NCBI GenBank assembly: GCA_963699545.1
Contig: CAVOUE010000005.1
Span: 471,354 to 535,353, forward strand
Direction of reading: 5' to 3'
Origin: Nitrospirota bacterium
Lineage (GTDB): Bacteria > Nitrospirota > Thermodesulfovibrionia > Thermodesulfovibrionales > UBA9159
DNA length: 64,000 bases
In this document: positions 61,607-64,000 of the stretch, piece by piece
Layout of the letters: every line of letters starts with the position of its first letter
Position numbering within the stretch: position 1 is the stretch's first letter
The notes under the pieces: generated by a model
Told to the model about the DNA's origin: nothing
The model's input: only the letters and a program-made list of their open reading frames with translations
Databases searched by the model: none
Position numbers and translations under genes: made by a program

Positions 61607-62287
61607 TTATCCACCATTGGTCAAAACACCGTCTCTCATCCGGTATATCCTGTCCGTCATCCCGGCAAGGTCCATATTATGGGTGACAAGAAGGAAAGTG
61701 GTCTTCTCCTTTTCATTTATCTCGGAAAAAAACTCCATCACTTCCGCTTCGCTCTGGGCATCAAGGTCGCCCGTCGGTTCATCGGCCAGGACAATGGCGG
61801 GCCTGTTCGTAAAAGCCCTTGCAATCGCAACCCTTCGCTGTTGACCTCCCGAGAGTTCGGACGGAAAGGAGTTCAGCTTCCCCGAGAGTCCAAGAACCGA
61901 AAGGACTTCTTCAGCGCGCGCATAGACGTCTTTATGATTGCCTTTATGAAAAATCACGGGGAGCGTGACATTGTCGATTACCCGCAGAGTGGGAATGAGA
62001 CTGGCAAACTGAAAAATGAAGCCGACCTTTTCATTTCTCAATGCCGATAATCCCGCATCGTTCAGTTTCCAGACGTCGGCGCCGTCTATAGAGACGTTTC
62101 CCTTTGTCGGTTCTGTCAAGCCCCCTATGACACTGAGAAGGGTCGTCTTACCGGAACCGGAGTGCCCCACAATGGAAATGAAACTCCCTTTCTCTACCTC
62201 CAGGTTCACCGACCTGAGGGCCTCCAACTTCTCTCCGCCGATGTCGTAAACCTTCCAGACATCCTTTATCACGAGCATGCCGTCCAT
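61607..62287 (-). CDS. MacB/LolD-type ABC ATP-binding protein
   Basis: GHSGSGKT, LSGGQQRR, ADEPTGDLD and VTH. Confidence 0.93.
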   Translation of the reverse strand: MDGMLVIKDVWKVYDIGGEKLEALRSVNLEVEKGSFISIVGHSGSGKTTLLSVIGGLTEPTKGNVSIDGADVWKLNDAGLSALRNEKVGFIFQFASLIPTLRVIDNVTLPVIFHKGNHKDVYARAEEVLSVLGLSGKLNSFPSELSGGQQRRVAIARAFTNRPAIVLADEPTGDLDAQSEAEVMEFFSEINEKEKTTFLLVTHNMDLAGMTDRIYRMRDGVLTNGG

Positions 62288-63553
62288 CTACTCACCCGCC
62301 CGTATGGCATCATAGGGATGCAATTTACTGCCCCTGAGTGCCGGATAGAAAGTGCCTACTATGCCTACGACAACGGCGATCCCGATGGCCGCAAGGGCCA
62401 GTACGGCGATAGAGGTCATGGAGGGCCAAAGATAGGGCATGTTGAGAGACTTTAAATTGAAAATTATGGTCCTTTCATATATGCGCATAATAACAATTCC
62501 GAAGGCCACACCCAGAAATCCGCCGAAACCGCTTAACAGTGTTGCCTCATAGAGGATCAACCTGAATATGGCGACCTTCCGGGCGCCGATGGCCCTTAAA
62601 AGCCCCAGTTCCCTTCTCCTCTCATTGATGATCGTCGAAAAGATTGCGCTGATCATGAGCGTATTTGCAACAATCAGGACCACGCTCAAAACAAGCGTGC
62701 TGCTGAACAGTGCCACAAGGTTCTGTCTGACCGACGTGATGATATTCCCTGCGGTTATGACTTTGACATCCGGGTTTTTGCTGATGGTAAAAGATATGAA
62801 CGGCAACTTTGCCCCCACTTCCAACTGGACCAGGGAAGCGGATATCTGGCCCCTCACTATTTTCAGGGGCGATACCCCGGGAATCTTGTGGGATTCTTCC
62901 GCCATCGAATATGCCTTCTCCATGTCGATGAATATGGCGTTGTCATAGAGACCCACACCGGTCCTCCCAAGCTTGCCGTAGACCCTCAGGTTCTGCCCGT
63001 AAAAGAATATCGTGTTTCCCACGGCATAACTGTTTGAGCCCCCCACGATCGCGTCGTCGATCCGCAAGGGCCCCTCCATCTTTTCTTCTACCCATGGGAG
63101 CACGGTAAAGTCGCTCTTTGGTTCAAAACCGATAATGAAGGCATTCCCCATCACGCAGCAGTCCCCCTCAACACTCGTCAGGAACAACTGGGGGGACACT
63201 TTTTTCACTCCTTTTAGCGACTCTATGGTTTTGAGAAATTCCCTTTCCATATAGAACACTGAAGGCTCACCCGTCAACAGGGCCGATTTCATGCTCACCA
63301 ACGACCCCTTCGGGACGACCAGCAGGTCAGCGCCGAACTTCGAGAGACCTTTCTTAAGACTGCTGTTCACTCCCCACATCAATGTCGTGGTTGAAAATAT
63401 GGCGCCGCTGACAATGGCAATGGCAAGAAGCAGCGAATATGTCCTGAAAGGCCTTCTCGTCAAATTCTGCATGGACAGAAATAAGAGCGACAATCTTTTC
63501 CTCCCCTCAAAGAGTTTCTCTGCCTCCCGTGCTTTTTCAGAGGAGGGGCGCAC
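62288..63553 (-). CDS. MacB/FtsX-type ABC permease with DCC motif
   Basis: GADLLVVP and ERRRELGLLRAIGA; four TM helices. Confidence 0.9.
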   Translation of the reverse strand: MRPSSEKAREAEKLFEGRKRLSLLFLSMQNLTRRPFRTYSLLLAIAIVSGAIFSTTTLMWGVNSSLKKGLSKFGADLLVVPKGSLVSMKSALLTGEPSVFYMEREFLKTIESLKGVKKVSPQLFLTSVEGDCCVMGNAFIIGFEPKSDFTVLPWVEEKMEGPLRIDDAIVGGSNSYAVGNTIFFYGQNLRVYGKLGRTGVGLYDNAIFIDMEKAYSMAEESHKIPGVSPLKIVRGQISASLVQLEVGAKLPFISFTISKNPDVKVITAGNIITSVRQNLVALFSSTLVLSVVLIVANTLMISAIFSTIINERRRELGLLRAIGARKVAIFRLILYEATLLSGFGGFLGVAFGIVIMRIYERTIIFNLKSLNMPYLWPSMTSIAVLALAAIGIAVVVGIVGTFYPALRGSKLHPYDAIRAGE

Positions 63554-63581
63554 AGGAGGCAGAGAACAAAAGGTTATTCTG

Positions 63582-64000
63582 TTACGTGGTCGGGGACCTG
63601 CTTATGAGCAGTTCCTTCAGGTTCCTTGGAATTATCACACAATCGTGGTGACCCTGCCCGCTGGGGAGGAACCCAACCAGCTTATCTGTCTTGACATCAA
63701 TAATGTAGATTGCCGATGTCGTCTTCTGATAACCGCTGATCACTCCGAAGACGTGCTTGCCATCCCCTGTAACACCCAGTGTATGAGCGTCAGGTCCGAC
63801 CTCTATCTCTTTTATGACCTTCCAGTTGACTGCATCCACTACCGCAACACCATTCGGCGTCGGCGACGGCCACCAGAGCGTCACATATACCTTCTTCGAA
63901 TCCGGGGTGAATCCCATATGGAAGGTATTGGGATACGCGCCCCTCCAGTGAGGCTGCTCGACTACCGCCTTCTTCGTCCATTTCAGCGGGTCGGGATTAC
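63582..64000 (-). CDS. YncE/YVTN-like beta-propeller protein, C-terminal part (5' end outside the window)
   Basis: The frame is open to the window edge; FTPDSKKVYV..VVD..W-VIKEI-VG repeats. Confidence 0.75.
   Translation of the reverse strand, partial: NPDPLKWTKKAVVEQPHWRGAYPNTFHMGFTPDSKKVYVTLWWPSPTPNGVAVVDAVNWKVIKEIEVGPDAHTLGVTGDGKHVFGVISGYQKTTSAIYIIDVKTDKLVGFLPSGQGHHDCVIIPRNLKELLISRSPTT

Noticed and set aside
1-64000. CRISPR array, rRNA or tRNA genes
   Set aside because: No regularly spaced repeats or recognisable structural RNA genes were seen on manual reading.

Overview
This 64 kb bacterial chromosomal window is mostly housekeeping backbone. Gene content and style suggest an anaerobic Nitrospirota/Thermodesulfovibrio-like or deltaproteobacterial genome (inference only). 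Backbone genes include deaD-rpsU-RRM, mutS2, gltA, uvrA-apbE-yacG, dapB, fumC, a liv ABC system, sdhCAB with malic enzyme, surE and rubredoxin. About a dozen of these genes carry single-base frameshifts that look like long-read indel errors. Accessory content comprises (i) 1-7.7 kb: the end of an IS3 element, an IPTL-CTERM surface protein, a Tat-exported vanadium haloperoxidase, a c-di-GMP-I riboswitch ahead of a GYD gene, a Cys-rich peptide, and a GroES with a histone-like tail; (ii) a 3-amino-sugar/glycosyltransferase cassette; and (iii) a metal-handling cluster at 54.9-64 kb with MacB-type ABC components, a NosL-beta-barrel fusion and a candidate 'RPP' arrest leader. The best candidate for an undescribed system is the AT-richer island between dapB and a GNAT gene (27.7-35.6 kb). 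It encodes a DNA methyltransferase, an ECF-like sigma factor, a small HTH-like protein, an ImmA/IrrE metallopeptidase, a NurA-like nuclease, a HerA ATPase, DUF488, a dual-OB protein and a convergent second DUF488-like gene. A 31-bp ECF-promoter-like motif (27/31 identical) occurs twice in the island: once inside the sigma gene's own coding sequence and once directly upstream of nurA-herA. This suggests a self-contained, protease-gated alternative-sigma circuit controlling a DNA-processing or defence effector.
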